Below are positions 52,464 through 64,000 of a stretch of DNA of 64,000 nt, piece by piece; the first letter of the stretch is position 1; the number at the start of each line of letters is the position of its first letter. The position numbers and the translations under genes were made by a program. The stretch spans positions 62,001 to 126,000 of the forward strand of contig JAUGWO010000084.1 in assembly GCA_049724395.1 (NCBI GenBank), read 5' to 3'. Under the pieces are notes generated by a model, which was not told the DNA's origin, did no database searches, and saw only the letters and a list, made by a program, of their open reading frames with translations. Source of the stretch: Spongospora subterranea f. sp. subterranea (taxonomy: Eukaryota).

Positions 52464-54266
52464 TTATGACCGAAACCGCCAAATCTTAACAACATAGTCG
52501 TCTCCGCACGATGCCAATAATGGTGAAGCTCCGTTGGACCAAGCTACACAATTTACTTCACCTTCATGAGCGTCGGGAACTCTGCAATGCAGAGACGCGT
52601 TGATGTCGCATTCCTTTGAGGCAAAATGACAATGTAAGAGAGCATGGTGACAATCAAGACACTTGTTTTGCTTACATCGTCTTGATCGGCATTTTTGATT
52701 AATTCAGTATGAAAAACACATAATTGGTCATCGCCGCCAGCAGAAACGAACAATGGTGACGTATACGATAAGCAAACTGCAATAGAGAATATGGGACGGT
52801 CATGATATCCAGACAGCACTTGCATCTTATCCCATTGGGCTGAAACGAAAGACCAAATATCAAATATGATAATAATGAACATACTGGAGCGAACCTTGTG
52901 ATGCCAATTGATCGCTTTGTGAATTTCGCCATATTATCAGGGTCTGATCATCGCTGCAAGAAACTGTAGGGTCCATCGTAAGCAAAGTTTGCAAGCAAAG
53001 GAATAAAGAACACTACTGAATCGTTTTCCTTCGGTATCGAGAAAATCGATTGACCAGACAGTAGATGTGTGACCGCGAAGCGTTTGCGTACAGAACCATT
53101 CGTCTTCATCTTCGGCCCATATTTTTATGGTATCATCATATCTAAAAATATAAACTGAAAATTTTGTTCAAAAACAGTGTTAGATGCTGTTGACTTACGA
53201 TGACGACAATAACATTCGTTGTGTGGGGTGCCACCGAACACATTTAACATCTTGACTATGTCCTTGCAGTACTGAAATGCATTCGAAGTCGCCGTCTTCT
53301 GTTACTGTAGACATCAACTCATAAATAACAGTAGAATCAAAATTAATAAAAAACATCGAAGCGCGTCCAGAGAAAAGAAACACCCTGTACTGAGTTCAAA
53401 ATTAAAAAAAAATGTTTGCTTCCAACAGACGATTCGACATACATTCCCAAATCCAAACGCTTTTATCGCGACTACATGTTGCCAATAAAAAAGGATGAGC
53501 GCACGACGACCACGACAGCGATTTGACTTCGTTTTCATGTCCTTTCAAGAGTGGCCACAATAGAGTAAGTTGGTTGGGATTCGTCGTCGCTACCGTCATC
53601 AGTGCTTTCAACAAGGCTCCAAATATTGACAATACCGTCGAACCCTCCGGACGCGAGCATGGACCCATCTGGGGACCAAGCTAGACATCGGATGGTCCTT
53701 TTATGTCCCTAATTGATCAACAGCAAATTGTTAGAGCAACGCTGTCAGCTAACCATAAATACAATTTGCAAACTTCTGATAAACCTCAACAAATGCAAAT
53801 TGTCGCAATATTCAAGCAAACATTGAACGGTGGCAGCAGCCCTCACCCTCATGCTGAAGTGTGGAGGTAAAAATTTTACAATATTAATGAGTAAACATCT
53901 CGAATACGGAACTGCAACTCACGGTAGCTACAGTTGCAAAGCACACCCATTGCTTTTGATGGTCGCGTCCAACCTGTTTCCAGATGCGTATCGTCTTATC
54001 AGAGCCGCAGGAGGCCAGTACCAAATCCTGACCTGGATGCCAGGCAACGCACCAGACTACATCGGTATGTCCTAGAACAGAAACAACGAAAACGGGAATA
54101 ATGAGTAAATCCCAATTCAAATGTTATAGATGCGGTATCGTTACACTAGGCCGCGAGAGGCCATGTGTGAGACGACTACAGCTAAATTAGCGTTACCCGA
54201 TAGAGTGGACACACAATCGAGTTCAACAGGAACGGCGACATCAGCTGATGAATGTTCGGAAACCAT
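52464..54266 (-). CDS. CIA1: Cytosolic iron-sulfur assembly WD40 protein CIA1/CIAO1
   Basis: [71 protein letters not shown]. Confidence 0.93.
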
Positions 54267-54715
54267 CGTAATTAGTGTAATCGACGGCAGTGAGTAACTT
54301 CCACGTGAGTTGCGCCACGGATCTGCGCGGCAGTAACGCAATGCTGGAATCGTGTCACGACGCTGTTGCCAAACCTGTTAGGTATGTCAGGCTTTTTGTT
54401 TGGCGTTTTTTGCAGCTGTGTTGCTTCAAAGTAAAGTTAAATCTTGTCGTTTGCGTTTTCCCTGAAAACTGTATTCAGCGACACGATTGTTCCATAGTCA
54501 ACGTTCGTGGTTTTGACTCTCTCAATAAAGTATTAACTGTATGTATGTTTTGGATTGTTTTTGATAGTTCTCTCATGTTTTGGACTGTTTTTGATAGTTC
54601 TCTCTTTGTCGTGTCACCGTGATGTTTCCGAAGAAACTGTAAGGGTGGGTTCACTTTATGGTACCGCAACTCGCAATAAATAGTTAAGGGCAGTGTCATT
54701 GACTCATTTTCAACG

Positions 54716-55745
54716 CACCCTCCGTTCGGAATACAGTTCTGTTGAAAAAAGGTGCGTGGATTGAGGTTGTTTTTAGCGCCATCTCACTGCCATCTCTCCC
54801 TTCTCAAAACTACAATGACGCGCACGCCAAGTGCATTTCTCTCCCGAAATTTTGAGCTTTGAGGCTCATTTCAAACTAAAAATAGCTCATAATAAAGACA
54901 AGGGTTTACAGGATTTGTTCCAAAGGCACCGCTGCCTCGGCATTGTTGAACTGAAATCTGAGAGCATGACTGCACCTACAGAAGACCTCAACCGAGTTAG
55001 AGAAGCCAACGTGGCTCCTGGGAAGACAATAGCCGTCGACCAGCAGGCCTCGGGAATCGTCATTGTTCCTGAAGAGTTTGCCTGTAGAAAAGGACAGACA
55101 AACCTTACTGATGATCAGCGTCGTGTAATTTACGAATATATTTTGAAGATGAGTGATGCAGGAAAATTTGTTGAAGGTTTGATTGCATCAGCAAGCCGTT
55201 AATTTTGTCATTCCGCGCCGAACAGCCAGCAGGTTATGGAACCAGGAAGTGAAAAGCAGTGGTACCGGAATGACTTCTGCCATAGTTTCTTCACAAAAAC
55301 GAGGAAGGGTTGGTCGAAAGAAAAAGCCCGTTGATCCAGAGAAAGTCAAAAACATTCCTTTCCAACAACGATCAAATATCCGGTCTCTTGGGTGCGCTTT
55401 GAATCTGTCCGTATCCACAATGCATGCAAGAATCAAGGAAGGACAAGGCGCATTCAAATGCGATGAAGCCAATCCTCAAGCCAACAAGATGACCAGGCTA
55501 AAGTTCTTTATTTTCATGATAAGCTTGTCACCCCATCAGGATCCAATTTTCAAGAACATGATGAACGTCGTCCATATTGACGAAAAATGATTCTATTTGA
55601 CTCAAACTAGTCAACGATTTTACTTAGCTGCAGATCCACATCGTATCTGCAAGAGCAAACGCTTCATCACCAACGTGATGTTCATGGCGGCAGTAGCTCG
55701 GCCGCGATGGGACCGGTCTAAAACAAATTGTTCACCGGAAAGCTC
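54716..55745 (+). mobile_element. Decayed DD39D-type (plant/oomycete) mariner transposon
   Basis: RGRVGRKK, VVHIDEK*FYLT (TGG>TGA at 55588) and CKSKRFITNVMFMAAVARPRWD. A Stowaway-like TIR CACCCTCCGTTCGGAATA lies at 54716. Confidence 0.88.
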
Positions 55746-56098
55746 GGTATGTTTTCATAGAAGGTCCGTATCTGAGTCTCTGATCTACCGAGTGTATCAC
55801 ATGGACAACCTCCAGTGTACAGTACACGAAGATGCAGGTCTCGACACGTGGTGCGTATTACGGTGCGTGCGAGAGCGCAGCCTTGCAAGTGATTGAAGAA
55901 TGAGGGCTGTGTGTACCTGAATGTGTGCACGCACGCTGCGTTTTTTACGTTTTGTACAGGCGGAGGTTTGAACTCGATGAACAGTGTGAGCGGGTAGAGG
56001 CGCCGCCACCCGATCCGAAGTCGGTTATCGTCAGTCTGTCGATCTTCAAAACTATCTTGTGCTGTCGAACCGTGAATATTCTCAGAATTTTCTAAGCC

Positions 56099-57278
56099 AT
56101 GTCGTCACCAGCTCCGACACCTGATGCCACACCCAAACCTGCACCCCCTGCCAAGAACCCGTACTGGGCGGCGGCTCAGCCGTTCGTTCTTGGAGGGTCC
56201 GTATAGAGGCACTGTATAGCAAGCTTTGCTGTTGACTTGAAGATAGGCTTTCCGGAATGATAGCGACAACGTGCATTCAGCCCATTGACATGGTATATTG
56301 TTTGTTATATCTGTTATGCAGAGTTTCTCAGCTTAATCAGGTCAAAGTGTCGATCCAATTAGAGGGAAAAGGCGGTATTACGAACCCTATGACAATGGCA
56401 CGTAAATTGGTCGCACAAGAAGGAATATCTTCATTATATCGTGGACTTTCAGCGGGTCTATTACGGCAAGCAACCTACACCACTGCCAGAATGGGATTGT
56501 TTACAACAATCGCTGGAGCTCTGTAGGTCAATTATGCAATTCTTGGTCAGGTTTACCAATTCTCTTCCCCAGCAAGGGTGAAGACGGTTCGCTAAATTTT
56601 ACCAAGAGGGCCGTCGCTGGTCTTGCAGCAGGTGGTCTTGGATCGATAATAGGCAACCCGTGTGATCTTGCCCTAGTAAGAATGCAAGCTGATGCTGGGC
56701 TTCCTGCTGCCGAGCGTCGCAACTACAAGAACGTTGTTGATGCTCTTTTCCGAATTGTTAAGGTGCAGTACTTGACGATTTTTCTTACTAATCGAAATTT
56801 GGAAGATGTGATTGAATTTTAGGAAGACGGGGTTATGGGTTTATGGGGTCTGGTTGCTTCCCGACTGTAATGCGGGCAATGGCCTTAAATGTTGGCATGT
56901 TGGCAACCTATGATCAATCAAAAGAAATGATCGAAGCTAAATTCGGCAAGAATGCCACCAGCACATTCGCGGCTTCGGCCGTAGCCGGATTTTTCGCCTC
57001 GTTCATGTCACTACCGTTCGATTTCGTGAAAACTCGTATCCAAAAAATGAAGCCCGATGCACAGGGAAAGGTCCCGTATTCTGGGCCACTCAACTGTGCT
57101 GTTACTGTCATGAAAACTGAGGGTCCTTTGGCGTTCTACAAAGGATTTGTTACTTTTTACTGTAAGGTATTGCGTTTTTGCAGTGATTGCCTCTAATATT
57201 TTTCTTGCAGTCAGAATTGCACCTCACGCCATGATCACGTTGTTAGCAATCGAAGGGCTCCGTACTGTTTTCGATTAA
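56099..57278 (+). CDS. Mitochondrial carrier, 2-oxoglutarate/malate (dicarboxylate-tricarboxylate) type
   Basis: IQPIDMVKV, GLSAGLLRQATYTTARMG, GNPCDLALVRMQAD, RAMALNVGMLATYDQ, SLPFDFVKTRIQKM, RIAPHAMIT. Confidence 0.93.
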
Positions 57279-57420
57279 GGGATGTTTGACCTTTTAGAAA
57301 CACATTGACATTGTCTATTTTTAAACACTACTAATCGGTTGTAGCTTGCATATTGGACTTTTGTGTCATTATTTAACAGTTAAAAACTACTATTCATTTT
57401 CTCAAAATATACGCCAGTAC

Positions 57421-58149
57421 CTACATGACAGTGCATCCACGTTCGCCATTGTCATCATCATCATCGCAGGGGGTGATCGAGTCGCCCATTGTGCCCATAA
57501 TACTGGAAAGATGATTTTTGGCTAGTTTGAGTTCGTGTTCGGTCAAATCCCGCACCGGATCGCTTCCCGAACTTGAAAGTGCTTCTTTCGCCCTTTCATG
57601 AAGCTCGCTATGCAGATGATACTGCATATCGCATTCACGAAGCATGCTCTTCAGTTGCTCGTTTTCGGCGAATGATTTCAGCAGCACCTTAGTCAGCATA
57701 GTTTGCCGATTCGTCGTCAGCATATCCACGGTTCTAGGTGTAGCGGGCACACCGCTAACAATCAGGCATCGCAGCCGCTCCAACTCTGCCAACGTCCTGA
57801 CCTGCGATCGATTCCACTGATTCGCCTTTTCTTGTAGCACCTTTGTCGCCTTATCCAACTCAACCACTGATTCAAATTCGGTGTTTTCCTTTTGATGTTG
57901 ATTGCTCTCCTGCGTGTTCCCTTTATCTTCAGTAATTTCCTGTTCTTCCGTTGATGTACTGACGTTCGACTTTGGCTTCCTGGTACGATGGCTGCGAGGT
58001 TTAGCATTGTTTTTAGAGTTTAGTGGACTAGGTCGAGACAACGCCTGAATCTTCGCAGTCAGCCGGCGCACCATAGCTCCAGCTTTTGACGGTTCACTCG
58101 ATTTCTCGATTTTTCTGAAATCATGCACGTCAATTTGGACATCCGTCAT
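57421..58149 (-). CDS. Hypothetical protein with coiled-coil segments (242 aa, intronless)
   Basis: Clean ATG-to-stop ORF between the carrier gene and NOB1; no family recognised. Confidence 0.6.
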   Translation of the reverse strand: MTDVQIDVHDFRKIEKSSEPSKAGAMVRRLTAKIQALSRPSPLNSKNNAKPRSHRTRKPKSNVSTSTEEQEITEDKGNTQESNQHQKENTEFESVVELDKATKVLQEKANQWNRSQVRTLAELERLRCLIVSGVPATPRTVDMLTTNRQTMLTKVLLKSFAENEQLKSMLRECDMQYHLHSELHERAKEALSSSGSDPVRDLTEHELKLAKNHLSSIMGTMGDSITPCDDDDDNGERGCTVM

Positions 58150-58570
58150 TGTTTTAAGAAGGGGCGATATTTAGCGAAGTCGATTTAGAATAATGGCCGG
58201 TCAAACGCAATTCGGAATTTGCCGCAAACATTGACTCACCCGTTGATTGACCCGTTCAGGACAAAAAAAATGGATGGTTCAACTCTGGCTCATTTCAGAG
58301 TTCTCATAAAATCCTAATTCACACCGATCTTTACTCGGGAGGTTTTGACAGCGAATAGAAGACAGTTACGCTGGAGTCGAAAAGATGAGTTGAGTTGACA
58401 AGGTGCGAAATAACGTCGAAATGAAATTGCAACTGTTTTGAAAGATCCAGATTCAGTTTTCGTGAAATTTTCCGGAAAATTCCAGTTCGAACAAAACATG
58501 TTGACATTTCTTTCCGCCACGGGCTCCGTCACGGACTTCGTTGATCGCGATCGAAAAATTTACTGGAGGA

Positions 58571-60150
58571 ATGGCGTCGGCTGTGAGCAATTTACGATAT
58601 GTTATCCTCGACACGGGGGCGTTGATCAATACGTCCACGACGCCATTATTGCATCGACTTGTCGCCAACGGCTGTGAACTCGTAACGATCGATGAGGTAA
58701 TCGCCGAAGTTCGCGACCCTCGAGCCAGGGCCGCATTGAACGCGCTCCCTTTCAAGATCAACGTTCGGACTGTGAGCGCCGATGCCCTCGCGGCCGTCGC
58801 CAGATTCGCTGACGAAACCGGCGATTTCCATGTGCTGTCTGCCACCGATCTGCGTGTTCTGGGATTGACCTATATGATTGAGAAAGAGAATCACAATCTC
58901 GAACACATCAGGGCACATCCGAGGTTAAATCGACCTTTGTTGCCCCATTCCAGAGTAAACAGGACCCATGCAGCTCCAACGGTGCTACCAGAGAATCAAT
59001 CGGATCAAGAACCGATTGGTGCGATCGAACAAGCCCTGGCCGGTGTCGCAATTTGCGACGAGATCTCGGAGTGCTTGAGAGACGTGGAAGAAAGTGAAGT
59101 CGTCGATGCCGGCAATTGTTCTGAGATCAGCGGAGCGGCTGAGGATGATTCTGGCTCAATATTAGCACCGCCTTCCAAGTTGACGGTCGATGATGACGTC
59201 TCAGACAGTGACGCTGAGAATGATGTTGAACCTGTTGAGGGTTCGCTGAATGAATCTGGCGGAGTATCAATAACTGCCTCCAGCGTTGACAGCGCTATCC
59301 CAGCAGACGATCAGGATTGGGAAGGGGAATGGTCTGGCAATTTCGTCCGCATGGATCGCGCCATACCTACACCTGTGTTATTGCAGGATTACGCCATCAA
59401 ATATTGGCATGAAGCGCAGCGGCGCTGTTGCGCAATGCGCCCCCGAAGCGTTAACGTCAACCGTCTCCTGTATCACGACCGATTTCGCTATGCAAAATGT
59501 GATGCTACAATTGGGATTACGCCTTACCTCCATTGACGGTATCGCCATTAGTAGCGTTGCACAATGGTGTCTTCGCTGTAGCGCCTGTTTCAAGATGTCC
59601 ATGGAGTAAGAAATTCAACGAGTTTTTTTTTCCAATTTGATTTCCCGTTGCGTGTTCTAGTGGAATTGCGTTGAACACACCTGACTACTCATTAACACAG
59701 AAAGTTTTGAAAATTCTGTACTCAATTTGGGCTTAGACTTTCTCGTCGATTTTGTGAATCATGCGGCGGAGAGACGTTAACAAGGACCAGGATTAAAGTC
59801 ACCAGCGGTGGGTGGATAAAATTTCGCCACAGCCGCAGAAAGGTCCCCAATCTTCGCGGAACTATCTATTCGATTCCCAAACCGAAAGGTGGTCGGAGAA
59901 ACACTGATCTGATTCTACGGTGGGTCCCGTTAGTTTCCCTTGGCACTCTTCTCACTTATCAATCAGGGAAGATCAAGTCAAAACGACGCGCGTCAAGAAA
60001 GCTAATGCCGATCAAATGTACCAGGATGCGGCCGAGTTCGCGTTCCGAAACTCGGGCGCCAATTCCGGATCGTGCAAGATTGGTCATCCTCGTGGCCGAC
60101 GCGTTAATGAACCTGTGAAGAAAAGCAGCAAAAGATCATCAAGGAAATGA
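58571..60150 (+). CDS. NOB1: 20S pre-rRNA D-site endonuclease NOB1
   Basis: PIN motifs VILDTGALI, EVRD, TGDFHVLSATDLRVLGLTY, WITPSNI and TTDFAMQNVMLQLGL; zinc ribbon LRCSAC..FCESCG; NLRGTIYSIPKPKGG. Confidence 0.95.
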
Positions 60151-60260
60151 TCGAAATGGCGATCCCGTCTTAAAATGCTGTTAATAAACTCATCCACATT
60201 CGTATTTATCAGTGATGATGTCGTGATCAGTGGGCCATCGTCTTCCATAAATATCAAACC

Positions 60261-62378
60261 TCAACAACAATTCAATGGTGGCGAAGGGTCAGATTGATAT
60301 TCTGTCATTTGGATTACCGGAGGAGGGGTATCCGAGGACTCAACGTGGTCAACTTCTTCCCGGAAAGTGCACATGTGGGTGTTAATATTGACTTCGTCTG
60401 ATGAACCATCAACGTCTCCGCCAACGCAGTTGCCCATCATGTTCAGCAGGTCAAGACACTTTCGTGAGCAAAGTTTCAAACCCATTCAAGCAATCAAAGT
60501 CGCCTAATAAATTCTTAAAATGGTCACCCCGTCCGGTAGCAATCAACGATTCAGCCAAAACCCGTTTTGCCAATCCATGATTGGTTTCTATCGTAGAAAC
60601 TCGGTGGAAAGTTTCATAGACCGATCCAAGCAATCCACGTCGCCATCTGATGATGTCACCCTCAGAGGGATATTCGAACATGCCAGCCTCCCCGCCACCA
60701 GTTTCGATATGGATGTATATTAACACAAAAACATGTTTGATTTCGTCTCGATAGTTGCAATAGCGGCGAAGCAGATTAACATAACTGTCTGCACGAAGAT
60801 GGGCAAGAAAGGCGATCAGTACGGAGCTGATCGATCCCATAAATTGTTTCCAACGTGAAAAGAGACCGGTTGGACTCTTTCCACTTGTGCTACTTGTTCA
60901 GGGAAGACGATGTCGAAAAAAAGACGAATCGGGATATCTTAATGGACACAAAAATCAACATCCCAGCTATAATCTGAACTTAGAACATTTCTTTCTCGCC
61001 ACAGAAACAAATTAGGTTGTTCCCTAGAGTGTAAAACATTCCCAATGATTCTCATCAAACTGTTTATAATACAAGATGTTGATTGAAATCCAAAGAACTG
61101 TTTTTGCGCTTGCGGGTCAGATAAGCTGATTATTGCCAAAAGATCAGTGGCGATTGCATTAAGCGAGCCGCCTTTGTGAGGCGAATGCCGACACTAAAGC
61201 ACAAAAACAAGCCAAGGAATGCTGGCCTAGAGCAGTTCATTGAGACCTTCATATCCAAAGACATTGATTTTGATCGTATTAGCGAATTCACAATCGACGC
61301 CCTGATATTATTGGGGATGGATAAGGACTTCCCTTCGCTAGTCGTTTCTGCTTCGGGTGATCAAATCTCGGCGCTTGCGATTCCGATGGCGATCAAGATA
61401 ATAACAGAAGGATTTCTTGAATACATCACAAATGGTGCATTGAACATGTTGAGATGATAAGAGTGAATTCGCTGGAAAGTGGTAAATTTCTGCATCCACT
61501 AGAGCATCGCGAATAACCGACTCGGAAATGAAATGGTTGTAGAAACAAAATATATGATGACCGGGAGATGAAAACGTCCAAGATTCTGAGAAAATGGGGA
61601 AAATGGAATTGATCATCAATAAAAATCGATTAAAACACGAATCACAGAAGGTTCAAAACTGGGGAGAAAAGAGAGAACGATAATGATTTCTGAAACGGAC
61701 ACAAGCAACCGACGACGGCAGTGCGAATTCCAGCGCACGAAGAGGAATTTTGAAATGTGGGACAGATAAATCATGGGAAAAATGAAATACGGCAAGAAGA
61801 GTTCGAAATGGGGCACGTCGTGTTCTGACTGCTGGAGACATTCGAAACGCACCTGTATCTATATCGATATCGAGAACAGTTTATTCAACTCCAGCAAATG
61901 CGCAATTGCACGAGATAGAAATCAAAGGGATTGAATCACAAATACCGTTGAATTATGGTGAACATCTATTTGGAACTATTGTGTGAACGATGAAAATATT
62001 GACATTGCATGTCATGAGCCTATGTCCTGGTGTTGAAATCAGAAGGTCCTGCATAGGCAAATTCAACAAGACTTAAGAAGCAAATATGGATGGTTCTTGA
62101 GATTGGAAAGGTAAATATTGAGATATAGAGTTAATGACTAAAATATCTCGAAATCTGATAGGTTGTTAAAACAGAAGCACAAGGAAGAATGGGTAGATCT
62201 CACACTCATGAACTGAGATGTTCGGACGAACCTCAATGCTGGAGTTGAATAAACCGTTCCCGATATCGATGTAGATACAGGTGCGTTTCGAATGTCTCCA
62301 GCAGCTAGAATACAACGTGCCCCGTTTCGAACTCTGCATCGGTGGGCTCCTGTAATTTTCGATGTAATAAGCTATCAA
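60261..62378. pseudogene. Fragments of an unidentified, degenerate multicopy sequence on both strands
   Basis: Broken ORFs. Related peptides IYIHIETG (~60700, minus), IYIDIENS (~61860, plus) and IYIDIGNG (~62265, minus). Confidence 0.3.
61798..62335. repeat. Imperfect inverted repeat, arms 61798-61896 and 62237-62335
   Basis: The arms are near reverse complements, e.g. tgctggagacattcgaaacgcacctgtatcta versus tagatacaggtgcgtttcgaatgtctccagca. Confidence 0.9.
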
Positions 62379-62735
62379 TCAACCGAATGAAATGAATATG
62401 TTGAGCTTTCACATGTCGTTAATCTACAATTCATTATCTGGACGGGCCTGGTCATAATGTTTATAGAATGGAATTATTGGGACAGTCGTCGTGACGAGAC
62501 AACAACCTGAACACCATATCGAATTGGTATGAACCATTTCTTGGAGTTTCGATAATGGATTTTCGCTGTTTCGTTGACTTTGTTCCAATGATACCCAATG
62601 TCAGTCAACACAGCTCACCCAGAATTGATATTTCAATTGATGAGAAGGAAAAATTTATCTAGGGGAACTTGAAACTGGATAAAAATGTGTATGAATTTAT
62701 CGATTTTTTCAGAGGAGTTGATCATATGAACATTG

Positions 62736-64000
62736 TTAGAATTCGTTGGAGAGTGGCATATTTTTGATTGCTTCGACTAAAGCATCGCGCAAACTCGGTT
62801 CGGAGGTGAATGGCTTTAAAAACAAAATACGTTGACATGAAGATGCGAATACAGGACGGTCCACATAATCTGAAAAAGTGGTTCAGATTTTTGAGTAGAT
62901 CTTGTCAATGACAATTAATGGACCTTGTAGATAAATAGTGATGAGGGGATAGAAACCACCAGGTGGTGGACGATCATTACCCGTTACGAATTTCAGGAAC
63001 TGGTGACGTTGAGATGGGGTCAACGTCTCCAATACATTCCACAGAATCTGGACCGTTTGATCTGTCTCAGAACATCCCTCATATCTGGTCGATACAATGA
63101 TCAATCTCTCACAATATATCGGTTAAGAACTCCTATCACGTACTGGCAATGGGGTTTCAAATCGGAGAAATCAATCAGGCCATGTCCGTTGAGAATTAAT
63201 TCCAGTTCCTGTGGCGCCAGATGGTCGAGCATTAGGCCTTTGCCACATCCAAGGCGAAACCTGTATCGAGAAACCGTTTGCAAAAGCACCGCCACTAATA
63301 CTCGATCGAATCATTACCCTTTTTTAAAAGACTGGAATTCACGAGAGAGGTAATCGACGCAAAAGAAATCAAGGTATTTTTGGGCAAATTCCACGTGTTT
63401 GCCGGGAGTTATCCAGTCCTTAAATCGAATATTTTCATCTTGAGGCGACGGCGCAATCAACTCCAGTTCCTCTAAACGATGACGAAATTGAAGGAAAATG
63501 AGATCAAAGAGAACGGCCCCACCTGGTGTTCGGGATTCATCGGTAAGGTAATCATAAAATCTATATCGGGATGGGAACAGGATATCAAGGTCCGATAACG
63601 ATAAACTCCTGTCGAGCAGCCTTTTATAGAAGCACAATGGAAGATTGAGGTGTAATTGAACGTCATGATAAAACGCCAATCCAAAAAATATACCTGTGGA
63701 TAAACTGGATATCAGATAATCACGGAAGTTGGACTGACAGAATAGCGAAATAAGAAAAGATGAACGGTGTCGACCTGAGCGAAAAAAAAACAACAGATAA
63801 ATCCACTAAATCCATGGCCAGTTGCTGCGGGTTCAAATTAATATGATGATCTCAAATCGCAACTCTATAAATGTGTTATATTGGCCCAACCCATATGATG
63901 AAACCTATCAAGTTTAGAGTCATCGACCTCTTGCGAAAGATACAGATATTGACTCTCCTCGACTGTTTGGAAAACACCTATAGAAACGGTTATTGATAAT
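62736..64000 (-). CDS. HECT-domain E3 ubiquitin ligase, 3' part (gene starts beyond the window)
   Basis: GIFFGLAFYHDVQLHLNLPLCFYKRLL, ELELILNG..IDFSDL, LWNVLETLT..QRHQFLKFVTGNDRPP.GG, FASSCQRILFL. Stop at 62736. Confidence 0.88.

Noticed and set aside
54545..54604. 30-bp tandem duplication upstream of the mariner relic
   Set aside because: Only two copies, with no evidence of function.
55585..55593. TGA at the conserved Trp of DEKWF as a sign of an alternative genetic code
   Set aside because: The element has other stops and frameshifts, and host genes use TGG for Trp and TGA as stop, so this is a decay mutation.
59330..59536. Apparent frameshift in NOB1
   Set aside because: A GT-AG intron at ~59332-59386 restores the conserved WITPSNI reading.

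Overview
Eukaryotic genomic DNA, not prokaryotic. It is compact and intron-rich, with many ~45-70 bp GT-AG introns. Ciliary-type genes (TOGARAM-like, AKAP14-like) suggest a flagellated protist; a plasmodiophorid such as Spongospora is my unverified guess. Housekeeping genes include ORC2, TPR/MLP1, a ZC2HC1-like zinc finger, an LRR protein, BRR2, a PTC7-like PP2C, purple acid phosphatase, prefoldin 4, TOGARAM/CLASP-like, CIA1, a mitochondrial oxoglutarate/malate-type carrier, NOB1 and the 3' end of a HECT ligase. They alternate with islands of decayed mobile elements (Gypsy, Copia, PIF/Harbinger, two Tc1/mariner types and an intron-containing tyrosine-recombinase-like element). Main observations: (1) all four tRNA-Pro genes have Copia-type LTR remnants upstream, with LTR ends about 5-7 bp from the tRNA in three cases, suggesting a tRNA-targeting Copia family primed by a half tRNA-Lys; (2) four imperfect inverted repeats, three of them built from different transposon families, could form hairpins; (3) all tRNA-Pro copies have a compensated U53:A61 pair instead of G53:C61; (4) there is a tandem pair of 7TM GPCR-like genes and a secreted His/Gly-rich repeat protein. 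Boundaries of spliced genes were read by eye and are approximate. No database searches were run.
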